Source: Cycas panzhihuaensis (Eukaryota > Plantae > Cycadophyta). From it: DNA of 64,000 nucleotides. A program made the translations under genes and the position numbers. This document shows, in pieces, positions 28,001-39,700 of the stretch (positions are counted from its first letter, which is position 1; each line of letters begins with the position of its first letter). The DNA lies in assembly GCA_023213395.1 (NCBI GenBank), contig CM041465.1, positions 232,383,741 through 232,447,740 of the forward strand, read 5' to 3'. The notes under the pieces were generated by a model that did no database searches, was not told where the DNA came from, and was given only the letters and a program-made list of their open reading frames with translations.

Positions 28001-29008
28001 ACAGTAACCAATAGTAATCAAATTAACATAATATCTCTTAATACTTTAACTGGTTTATTGTAAAGACGGGAATAGAGGAACAAACGGTATGAAGCTATAA
28101 CAGAAGTAGAAGATGCCTTTATAACTAAACTCAATGTAGGACCCAGAGGCAAAGGATAAGCTTGTGGATGTACATGAATGCCAAAAACTAGGAGTTAGTC
28201 CCATGGGAGGTGGTAAGAAAATAGAGGACGAGGTTATTCATTTGCTCCTAAAGATGCAAGAGTCGACTTCAATTGCAGGAAACCTAGTTATTTCTCCAGT
28301 AATTGCAGAGCTTTTGATGTATGTTATCATTGTAAGTAGCCAAGATACTACCCCTACCAGTGCATGCAGAAGAAAGTTGATATCCAGAGAGGGAAATTGC
28401 CAGTAGAAAACTACAACAAGGAACAAACAAATGAGGATAAGCAAAAGATAGCCTTTATCGTCACACTCATTGCCAACCTTGAAGATGAAGTGTGGTACAT
28501 TGACTCCAAATCCTTATAACATATAACAAGGTAAGAAGACTGGTTTTAGTCACTTAAACCCTACTCCTATAACAAGTCTATTGAGTTAGAGGATAAGTAT
28601 CCTTTAAACATTAAAGGAGTTGGGGCCATAGCAATTAATTTAAAGGGTACTATACAAAAAATTAGAAATATACTCTTTATATTTGGATTGAAGAAAAACC
28701 TCCTCTCTCTCCCTCTCTCTCAACTCAAAAAGAAAAAGCTAAGGACCATATTTAATGAGGAAGGGTGTTGTTACATTTTAGATATGAAGAAAAATGGTGT
28801 TGTGATTGCAGAAAGGATAGAAAGTAATGATCTATATGAGTTATTTTCTAATCTTATAATTTTCAATAAGGATGTGAAGGCATACACTACAGTAAATATT
28901 AATAATAATAAATTGTGGTATTTGAAGTATGGGCACATCTCCTTAGACAGGTTACAAATGTTACATAAATCAAAAATAGTTGATGGACTTCTAAATATTA
29001 CACCTCAT

Positions 29009-29561
29009 TGTTAAACCTTATGTTTACATATTAAAATATTATACTTTAATTTTCATGTAATATGTGTACTTTTTACTTTAAGGGTGACTTATCACTTAAG
29101 TGATAAAGTGCACACCCACATTCTTTCTAGAGACACAACGTTGTCACTAAAGGGTTAAATGGACCCTCATGCATTTTTGCTCACATGAGAGCCCAAAAGG
29201 ACACATATCCAACATGCAAGGCATATATCTTGGATGTTTGACACTTGTCAAACATCCAAGGCCTTAGGTCTCTCATCTCACTCTATATAATGAGACCTCT
29301 TCTCATTGTCTCATAAAAGAGTTGGAGCTGTATTGTTATGCTATTAGTTTGCTAATCAAACTATTCATTCTTTGGAGGTTGGACCAATTCCAACTCCACA
29401 TATTGGGTATCATTTTCTCTTGCTTTTTCATTTATGTTTTGTCTCTTTGCTTTCTCTTTACCTTGAGATTATTATACTTGTTTGTATTTGTGCAACTAGA
29501 ACTAGAGTGATCCTAGTTTCTAGATCTTGAAACTGTTGAGGCCATCTAGCCTCTTTTCATA
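29009..29561 (+). repeat. 5' LTR of the Copia at 29009-36794
   Basis: TGTTAAACC start; TATA-like CTATATAA at ~29283; direct repeat of 36243-36794. Confidence 0.95.
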
Positions 29562-32049
29562 TTTGGTATCAAAGCAAGAGGAGACTAGCTCCCTCTATTC
29601 TGATTTGCAGCTACTCAAGGAGATTTGAAGAAAGCTACAAACCCTTAGTGACGACCTTCGCACTCCGAAGATGTTCCAAGGTTTGTTTGAAGACTTTTTT
29701 TTGTAGGTTCAAGCATTTTGGAGCTATTTTTTTTAAGGCTGAAGGTGGGTTATGTTCTAATCTTTTTTTTACAAAGGTCTTGTTGGATGCAACACAAATT
29801 GCTGTCACAAATAGTGATTTTAGTTGTTATTTTACTTTAAAAAAAATATTTTTCTATATTTTAAGGCAGATATAGAGAGTTTTATGTGTTCTTTTGAATT
29901 AAAAGGCAGATCCTAAATTATTGCACTCAGTTCGTACTTACTTTTTCACTGGTTTGAGTCATTCCTTGCTAACAGAACAATTTTTTTGGATAAAATAAGT
30001 GTTTTCTCTCTTGTTGTCCACTGTCTGACTTATGTTGCAGGCTCTATGAAGAATATTCAGTGGCTCTTTAGCTTCTGAAAATTTGTTGATTATTTCTCAC
30101 TAAGTGGCAGCCCACAAAACCCCACAGGGAGAGCTAAATCTGCTCTTGTGGGTATTTTGGAGACTCCCTCTCTTCAGAGAAGACCTGCACAGACTCTCAA
30201 CAAACCCCAGGAGCATTCTGAGAGCATCAAATCTGAGTTCTAATGGCTGTCTAGCCTGTGGTCACTTCCTCCAGTGATGCACCCTTCATACACCTCTCAA
30301 CACCCATTCTCTGTGCAGAAGCAAACTTAGCTCCTCAAACCTGAGCGAAGTCTCAGTCTTGGTGTTGTGTCCCTACTCCCAAAGTAGTGTCTCGCCATTC
30401 GGCTCCTACGCGAAGATTTCTCCGTTCGAAGAATCACGGCCGCCGACTGTGTTCCTCCGCCGCCATTCAGATTTATCGAATTCAACTTTTTTTTTTTAAA
30501 TCACATTTTAAAACTTTAGCTTTTTGAACATTGGGTTATAAAATGAGGAATATTCCTTGAATATTTCCATTTTCATAACTTAAATCATCTCTAAAGTTTT
30601 TTTTTAAGTCATTAAACATCCTTTTTCTAAAGGCAAATTCAAAGTTTCTTAATGAAATTTTTACTAATGACTTCACTTTAGTAAAAATACTGGATCTAGA
30701 TTTTTTCAAGTACTTTTATACATTTAAAGTGATTTTTCTTCTGTTATTAAGTCAAATTTTCAAATAAAGACACTTTGCATAGTGACCTTAACTTAAATTT
30801 ATTAAGAGAAAAATCATCTTTTTTGTATTTTTGAAGCTAAAAATCTTCTAAGTATTGAGTGATTTCATTAAAATCACCAATACTAACTTGAACTCACTTA
30901 TTTAGAGACTCAAAAACACTTTTGCTTTAATGTTTTAAAAGGCTCCCTGCATGGTGTCCTTAGTGTTCAAGTTGCAAAAAAAAAATTAGATTTTAGCCTA
31001 TGTTTTTTTGCTCTTAAAAATTTTTTAACACTTAGTTAATTTTGAATAAGTGTTAAGTGACTTTAAGTGAAGTGATTTTAAGTGTTTTCATATTGAAAAG
31101 TGATATTTATCACTAATTTTTTGAAACACTTTTAAGGCACCTTGCATGGTGACCTCATGCCCTTAGTCTCAAAGATTACTCAAATACACTTTGTACTTAA
31201 TAAAAATCACTTCTTCTTTTGATCGTTAGGACTAATTTAAAGTCCTAACACTTGGTGTTTGATGTCTATTTTCATGTAAGCGGTTCTCTTGCCTTCACTT
31301 TTTCAGCATTAAAAGGAATCCACTTATATCTTCATCACAAGTTTTACATTACTTCATTCAGTACTTAAGTTTTTTTCTCAAAAAAGTACTTTGCAAAACT
31401 TATTGTAATCAAGCATTTGGTTTCTTACTTGGATCAACAAAGCACTACATTTTCATTAAAGTGCTCATTGTAAAAACACTACTAGTATTTATATTGGTGT
31501 ACTTACATTGCTTCCTCTTGAAGCCACTTTTCATTATAAAGCTTAATCAAAGCATTTTCATAAGTACATTTCCCAAGCAAAAGAAATCTAAGTTCACTTG
31601 AAAAACTACTAAAAAGTGACTTAAAATCTTGTTGGAGAGGCTTGAAAAAGGTTTAAACCTTGCCTCTAAATTAACCTTAAGCTTGGTGCACTCCTTAGAG
31701 GACCAACCGACCGTACAGTCAGTGCACGATAATTAAGGTTGTTTGAGGGAAAGGAGGTTCGAAAAGGGTGTTATTGGGGCTGTGAATCTGAGGGAAAACA
31801 TGGTACGTCCATGCAGATCAACCCTACCTACCTTGTCCTAGATTTAACTTGGCCAACTGTTGGATCTCCTCTATAAGATCAAAGTTTGACCAACTCCATA
31901 GCCTAGTCATCCACCCCTCATCATTCCATTCAGTTGTTGGATCTTCTAGTAAGATTAGGACTGTTCGTTTTGTTAGAAGGTGGAACTTAAGCGATGAAAG
32001 CTTTAAGTTTCCAAGTTATATGCTAGCTTCAAGCTTTTATAACTGAAAC

Positions 32050-35000
32050 ATGACTGCCATAAACATACTAAATGCATGCACCATTCGATTAACAGGACAA
32101 GATAATTATCAAGAATGAAAGAGACTCACTCAGAACTTGTTAATCATGAACGAATTTTGGAGTTATGTTTCTAGGAGATTACCTCGACTAGCACCTGTTA
32201 TCAATGGCGATGTTACTGTGGAACCTGATGATGCTTTACTTGCTACTTGGGAAGCTAAAGATGAAATCGCTTTGGCATTCCTTCACATGATTGTTGACGT
32301 GCATGTAGATCAGAATATTGCTTGTCCTAAAACTTCTAAGGAAGCTTGGAACACTTTGTCCTCATTGTATGAAATACGAGATAAAGCTCGCATTTTAATG
32401 GTTAAGGTAAAATTGTATTCTGTTAAGTTTGTCAAGTCCATGTCGGCTTTTCTTTCCTCCATCAAGGAGGTATGTAATGAATTGAATACACTTGGTAGTC
32501 TAGATACAAGGGATGAATTGATCACATCCATCACCAAAGCCTTACCCAAGGACTACAATGGCTTCATTTTGTCTACTACAAAATATGGTTCTCTCAAAAC
32601 TATGACATTCTACGAATTTGAAAGTCTGCTACTTCAAGAAGAACAAATCTACACTAAGGATAATGAGGAGGAACCATCTACATCAGGTGCATTCACAGCC
32701 AATTCAAAGCAAAATGACAAGAACCCAAACACTCTCAAAGCAGTTTGGGAACATGAACATTAGGTCTTCAAGGACCAATGTTGTATGTCATTATTATCGC
32801 AAACCTGGCCGCATAGCACCTGATTGTCAGAAAAAGTAAGCAGATCTACGCTAGTAGTAGCAGCAGCCACGTCATTCGAATTAGTGACAGTAGCAGCCAC
32901 GTCAACAGTACAAGCAAAGGTTTCAGCAGCAGCAGCAGCAACCCCCTTGATCAAATCAAGGTGCCTATCGAGGAGGTCAAAGAGGAAGGGGGGGTTTCAG
33001 ACGTGGCAATCAACGTCACTCTAATCAGTTTGCAAATGAAGACAAATTGTTTTGTTTATATCAGACATCCAAGGTTGATGAAACTTGGATTATTGATTCT
33101 GGAACACATGACTGGAAGTGAAGAACTCCTCACCAACATCAAGGAAAGCAAAGATCAATCAGTGACCTTTGGGAATAATCAATCTGTCAAAATTTTTGGA
33201 GTTGGCACAATAACTCCATTTTCTTCTTCATCAAATCCTTCCTCCTCATTTCCCGTTGGCAATGCCTATTTAATACCTTCAATAGACAAAAACTTACTAT
33301 CTGTTAGCAAGTTGGACAAGCAATAGATGAGTGTATTATTCAGAAACAGGAAATATATAATCAGTGACAAAGAAGACTAAGTAGTAGCTCTTGGCTATGA
33401 GAATCAAGGCCTCTATAAGTTGCATGCAAATAATATAACACTTGATTCTGCTTACTCCGGTTCCATTATCACTCCTTACTTGTCCAAGATACAACTTTGG
33501 CATCAACATCTAGGCCATTTGAGCTTAGATAATCTGAGGCAGATGATCAACAAGAACATGGTACAAGGGCTTCCAAAGATTTATAGAACAAAATGTCTTT
33601 GCAAAGCATGCATTATGGGAACTCAACATCGTTTGCCTTTCCCTAAAGGCAAAGCGTGGCGTGCATCACATCCTCTGCAGTTGGTATATTCAGATTTGTG
33701 TGGACCTATGTCCACATCATCTTTTGGAGGAGCTTTGTATCACATCTCTTTCATTGATGACTTTTCTCACAAAGTCTGGATATATTTCATCAAACACAAA
33801 TCTGAAGCATTTTCCAAGTTCAAAGAATTCAAGCTTGAAGTGGAAAATGAGTCTGGCCCTTCAATCAAAACGTTAAAGATAGACAATGGAGGTGAATTTA
33901 CATCAAATGAATTCACCCAATACTTCAAGGATAACGGCATTCAGAGACAACTGCCTATACCTCACACTCCTCAACAAAATAGAGTCTCCGAATGAATGAA
34001 CAGAACTTTGGCCAACAAAGCCAAAGCTATGATGCATGCACAAGGACTCACTTGAGCTTACTGGGTAGAAGCATTTCACACAGCTGTCTATGTGGCCAAT
34101 CGCAGTCCTACTACAGCAGTCACCAACATGACACCCGGGGAGGCATGGTCTGGCAAAAAGCCTATTATCAGCCATTTGAGGACTTTTAGGTGCATTGCTT
34201 ATATGCACATTCCTGATCAGCAAAGGAAGAAATTAGACAAGCATAGTTTGGAATGCATCTTTGTAGGATATGCCATTCACAGCAAAGCCTACAAGTTGTA
34301 TGATCCTATAGGGAAGAAAATATATCTCTCAAGAGATGTCATTTTTGCTGAAGAAGATCACAAGGAGGTGCAAACAGCATCCATGCAACCTCCCATTAAC
34401 AAAGGCAAGAAGATTGTTGAGGCCTTCCTTCCCTCTCAATCTTCTACACCATGTACATCATCTGCACCAGCTGGACCATCCACTTCAACTAAATCTACTC
34501 CACTTGATCCAAGCTCATCTTCTATTGACCAACCACTCAGACCAGAAGATCTTGAGGTTCAAGTAACTTCAATTCAAAAGTTACCCAAATGGTACATACA
34601 AACAGTTCAGGACAGTCACATCATTGAAAGAAAACAGCCATCTAAATATCAACAGCAAGCCAATTATGCACTTATGGCTAAAGTACTTTGTGTTGGTGAG
34701 TCTTCCACTTTTGAGGAGACTTCTAAAAATGAAAATTGGAAGGCTACCATGGATGAAGAAATCCATTCTATTGAAAAGAATAGTACTTGGAATTTGGTCG
34801 AATTGCCTAAACACAAATAGGCAATCAGTTGCAAATGGGTCTACAAGACCAAATTGCATTCTGATGGTTCACTTAAAAGGCAGAAGGCTCGCCTTGTGGC
34901 AAAAGGATTTAAACAAAAAGAAGGCATAGACTATGAGGAAACTTTTACACCAGTGGCGAATATGAATACCATCAGACTCATCTTTGCCTTAGCTGCTCAA

Positions 35001-36242
35001 TGCAAATGGTTTGTTTATTAAATGGACGTGAAGAGCACCTTTCTTAATGGCGATCTTCAAGAGGAGGTATATTTGGAGCAACCTCCCAGATACAAAGTAC
35101 AAGGCAAGGAGTATTTTGTATATCACCTAAAAAAGACGTTATATGGCTTGAAGCAAGCTCCAAAGGCATGGTACTCGAAGATCGATGACTACTTCTTGAG
35201 ACATGGGTTTCATCGATCTACTTCAGATCCTAATCTATATATTAAACATGAAAAAAACCATGTAATTTTTGTTGCCTTGTATGTAGATGACTTAGTGATA
35301 ACTGGTAGTGACACTAAGATGATTCACAGTCTCCAAGATGACTTGAAGAGAAGTTTCGAGATGACAGATCTTGGACTTCTCCATTACTTTTTAGGCTTTG
35401 AGATATGGCAACAGCTAGGCTATATCTTCATCTCCCAAGCAAAATATTCTTGGGACATTTTGCAGCGATTCAAAATGCACGACTACAAAACAGCGCTTAC
35501 ACCAATGGAGAATGGATCTAAGCTTACTCTCAATGAGGAAGCTGCACCGGAAGATCCCACACTTTACCGGTAGTTGACTGGGGGTCTCATTTATCTCACC
35601 AACACTCAACCGGACATTTCATTTGCTATTGGGATTTACTAATGTTACATGTCTCAACCCAATCAGATACATTGGAATGCAGTTAAACGCATACTTAAGT
35701 ACATCAAAGGCATATTACAGCATGGCCTTAAGTATGCACATAATGAGAAATTCACTCTGGAAGGGTTCTCAGATTCTGATTGGGCAGGTTGCTAAGATAG
35801 CAGAAGATCAACCTCGGGATACTGTTTTTCCCTTGGTTCAGCAGTTATTTCGTGGAGTTGCAAGAAGCAACCCAATGTTACCTTGTCCTCCACCAAAGCA
35901 GAGTACAAAGCTGTAGTCAATGCATCTTGTGAGGCTATCTAGCTATGTCAGATTCTTTGGGAACTTGGACTTGAGCAAGGTCACCCCACCAGGATATATT
36001 GCGATAATCAAAGTGTGCTCAAGTTAGCTAAGAATCCAGTTTTCCATGCGCGAATAAAACACATCGAGGTTCACCATCACTTCATCAGAGAGCATGTGCA
36101 GAATGGTGAGATCAACCTCCAGTACAGACCTACAGAGGAGTAGACAGCAAACATTTGTACTAAGCCTCTTCGTAGAGAAAAGTTTATAAAATTCAGAGAT
36201 GGTCTTGGTGCCCGACTTAACATTATAAACAGTAAGGCGGGG
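32050..36242 (+). pseudogene. Copia gag-pol pseudogene
   Basis: gag 32137-32763; zinc-knuckle remnant ~32785-32830; INT DLCGP/FIDDFS/TPQQN 33420-33995; RT MDVKSTFLNG...LYVDDL 35022-35573; RNaseH to ~36200; several stops at TGG/CAA codons. Confidence 0.95.
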
Positions 36243-36794
36243 TGTTAAACCTTATGTTTACATGTTAAGATATTGTACTTTAATTTTCATGTAATATGTA
36301 TACTTTTTACTTTAGGGGTGACTTATCACTTAAGTAATAAAGTGCACACCCACATTCTTTCTAGTGACACAACGTTATCACTAAAGGGTCAAATGGACCC
36401 TCATGCATTTTTGCTCACATGAGAGCTTAAAAGGACACATGTCCAACATGCAAGGTATGTATCTTGGATGTTTGACACTTGTCAAACATCCAAGGCCTTA
36501 GGTCTCTCATCTCACTTTATATAATGAGACCTCTTCTCATTATCTTATAAAAGAGTTGGAGTCAGATTGTTATCTTTGTCGGTTGCTAATCAAACTGTTC
36601 ATTCTTTGGAGGTTAGACCAATTCCAACTCCATATATTGGGTATCATTTTCTCTTGCTCCTTCATTTATGTTTTGTCTCTTTGTTTTCTCTTTACCTTGA
36701 GATTATTATACTTGTTTGTATTTGTGCAACTAGAACTAGAGTGATCCTAGTTTCTAGATCTTGGAACTGTTGAGGGTCCTAGCCTCTTTTCACA
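36243..36794 (+). repeat. 3' LTR of the Copia at 29009-36794
   Basis: TGTTAAACC...TTTTCACA followed by the TSD. Confidence 0.95.
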
Positions 36795-39700
36795 CTCATT
36801 ACTTTATTTGTAAAAGATATCTACTTGGAAAACGATGTTGTCTTTCTTTTAAGAAAAATGAATGGTGAGCTCAAAATAAATTGGAATTAATACATATTGA
36901 CCTATGTGGACCTCTTTCTTCTCATTTAATCAATGGTTCTAGATATTTTTTAACATTCATTCATACTTTTCTAGAAATGTATGGATTTATTTTCTCTATA
37001 GTAAATTCGAGGTCTTTGAAACATTCAAAGAATTTAAGGCTAAGGTCAACCTAGAATCTAGTTCAAGAACAAAATGTATCATATCAAATGGCAGAGGAGA
37101 ATATATTTTGAAGGAATTTCTGCAAGGCACATGGAATATATAGATAATTTATAACTTCTTACACACCACAGTCTAATGGAGTTACCGAATGAAAAAATAA
37201 AACAATCATAGAAATGGCTCACAGCATGATTCAAGACAAGCAAGTCTCAAAGACTTACTCGATAGAAGTCGTAAGTATAATTGGTTACCTCATAAATTAA
37301 AGTCTGACGAAGGCCTTGGAACAAGTTACTTTAGAAGAAGCCTAGAGTAGGTGTAAACCAAATGTAAGTAACTTGAAAATTTTTTTATGTCAGGATTTCG
37401 TTCATACACCAAACAAAAAGAGGTCTAAACTTGACTCTTAAAGTATAGAGTGCATAATGATATGCTATAGTAAAAACTCAAAAACCTACAAATGTATAGA
37501 TCTAAAAACTAATAAGATCTATATAAGCAAAGATATTATTTTTAATGAAAAGGATATCATTAGAAATATTCTAACTCCTCAAGTAATTGAAGAAGCACCA
37601 AAGGGGATATCTCAAGAAGAACCTCTTAAAGAAGAAATCTCTAGAGTTACTTTAGAAGATACAGAATTGGATAATGTAGAAGAATTAGAGAAAGGACCAT
37701 TGTCTCATAAAAACTCGAACACTTAAGAAGAAGAATTATCTTCCATAAGATCAATCACTGAAGAAGAAAAGAAGAAGGAAGAAAGGGTACCAAAATGGTA
37801 CCTTAACATAATTGAAAAAGAAAAGGGAGATATATTCATACACAAGACAAAAAACCAAAGACATCAGGCATTATTCAACAATGTAGAACTACAATCCTTT
37901 AAGAAAGCAAAGGAACAAGTAGAATGACAAGATGCAATGGATGCTGACATGGAATCAATCACCAAAATTTAGAACTAAGAACTGGTCAATTTGCCTACTA
38001 ATAAGCCTATGGTTAATTGCAAATGGATATAGAAAATAAAGGAAAGTGCTAATAGCAAAATAGAAAAGCAAAAGGCCAAACTTGTAGTAAAGGGCTATAC
38101 CCAGCTAGTTGGGATAGACTTTGAAGAAACATTCTCGCCAGTAGCCAAACTTAATACTATGAGAATAGTAATTGCTTTAGTAGCTTAATACAACTGAATA
38201 ATTTATTAGTTGTATGTAAAAAGTACATTCTTGAATAGTAAACTTAAATAAGGAGTTTACATGAGATAACCAAAAGGATACATTCGAAAGGGCCAAGAAA
38301 ATCTTATATGCAAACTAAAAAGGCATTATATGGGCTAAAGCAAGCCCTAAGAGCCTGACACATTAAACTAGACAAATATCTCTGTCATAATGGTTTTCTC
38401 TGATGTAGCTCAGACTCTAGTCTATATACAAAGAAAGGAAATAGGCAGATCACAATAATTATGGTTTATGTGGATAATATAGTTCTCATAGAAAGTGACA
38501 CAGAATCAATATCAAATATAAAAGCTAAAGGATTTTTAGATGATAAACTTGGGACTTTTGAATTATTATTTATGAATAGAAGTCAATCTGAAGGAAGAAT
38601 CAATCACATTGTCTCAAAGCAAATACATCAAAGATCTATTGACTAGATTCAAAATGGAAGATTACAATAGTTATGAAACTCCCACAAAAATTAATTCTGA
38701 TATGGTTCTAGTTGAAAGGAAAACTATAGTAGATGCCACACTATACAGGCAACTAATTAAAATCCCAATTTATCTCACTGCAACTAAACCTAACATCTCA
38801 TATTCTATGGGTTTAGTTTCAAAATATATTCAAGAACCAAAGACAAGACATTAGAAGGCTGCTAAAAGGATACTTAGATATCTAAAGGGAATGACTAATT
38901 TGAAACTCACTTATCCAAAGATGAAATCAAATAAGTTATTTGGATTTTGTGACTCAGATTGGGTAGGAGATAAAGAAAAGAGGAGATCCGTAACTGGGTA
39001 TTGCTTCTTTCTAGGACCAGCAACTATCTCCTGGAACAACAAAAGGTAACCTATAGTTGCTCTTTCATCCATTAAAGCAAAATACAAGTTAGTTATTAGT
39101 GTCATGTGCGAAGCAATTTGGCTGAGACAACTCCTATTAGATCTGGATCAATAATAACAATGGTCAACAACTCTATTTTGTAATAATCAAAGTGCTATAA
39201 AATTGACCAAAAATTCAGTACTCTATACACAAATAAAGCACATTGAAGTGCATCATCATTTCATATAGGAAAAGGTCTAGAAGAAAGTAATTGGCTTGAC
39301 ATACTATCTAACAAATAAGCAAGTTGCAGATATCTTAATAAAACTACTCAGCAAAGATAAATTTCAAATCCTTAGAGATAAAATAGGATTAAATAGATAA
39401 AACATTAAGAGAAGGCAATAACTCAATCCTTCTTTATGTAACTTAGGCATTTGTTTGACATGTGTCATCAAAATATGTTGCAGTTAGAATTATTCACGTA
39501 TATTTAAAGAGTTCATCTCCCTTATAATAAATTATTCAGTAATTTTCATCAATTCTAGTCTAAAGTTTAATAGTTTTTACCTTTCTTATAAGAGATGGTA
39601 AAGTGAAAAACTTACAGGCAATCAATCCATTTAGCTTATTCTTCTGATAAAATTTGCTAGTCTAATAGACTATGGAGGCTACGATGGTCTATGAGAATAA

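Larger units (their letters stand above)
29009..36794 (+). mobile_element. Full-length Ty1/Copia retrotransposon with an unusually long (2.5-kb) 5' leader; innermost and youngest of the nest
   Basis: LTRs 29009-29561 and 36243-36794; perfect TSD CTCAT (29004-29008, 36795-36799); PBS TGGTATCAAAGC 29564-29575; PPT ~36234-36242; domain order gag-PR-INT-RT-RH. Confidence 0.97.
26616..39572 (+). mobile_element. Old Ty1/Copia retrotransposon with short LTRs, interrupted by a younger Copia
   Basis: LTRs 26616-26793 and ~39416-39572; PBS TGGTATAAAAGC at 26794; gag from ~27507; protease VWYIDS at ~28490; GAG-pre-integrase ITPH|YFICKRYLLGK rejoins across the insertion; RT MVYVDN at 38461; RNaseH GFCDSDW at ~38940. 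Confidence 0.88.

Noticed and set aside
29322-29510. Hydrophobic 62-aa ORF repeated at 36556-36744
   Set aside because: Product of T-rich LTR sequence duplicated with the LTR; no evidence of coding
30060-30466. Antisense ATGGCGGCG-initiated frame in a CpG-rich patch of the Copia leader
   Set aside because: About 7 stops in ~130 codons, close to random expectation; no recognisable domain
30767-31156. CRISPR-like repeat-spacer interpretation
   Set aside because: Eukaryotic TE context, only three degenerate repeats, spacers of 150-170 bp, no cas genes
31789-31820. CTGAGGGAAAA plus hairpin resembling a hammerhead ribozyme core
   Set aside because: Does not fit the CUGANGA-stem II-GAAA arrangement
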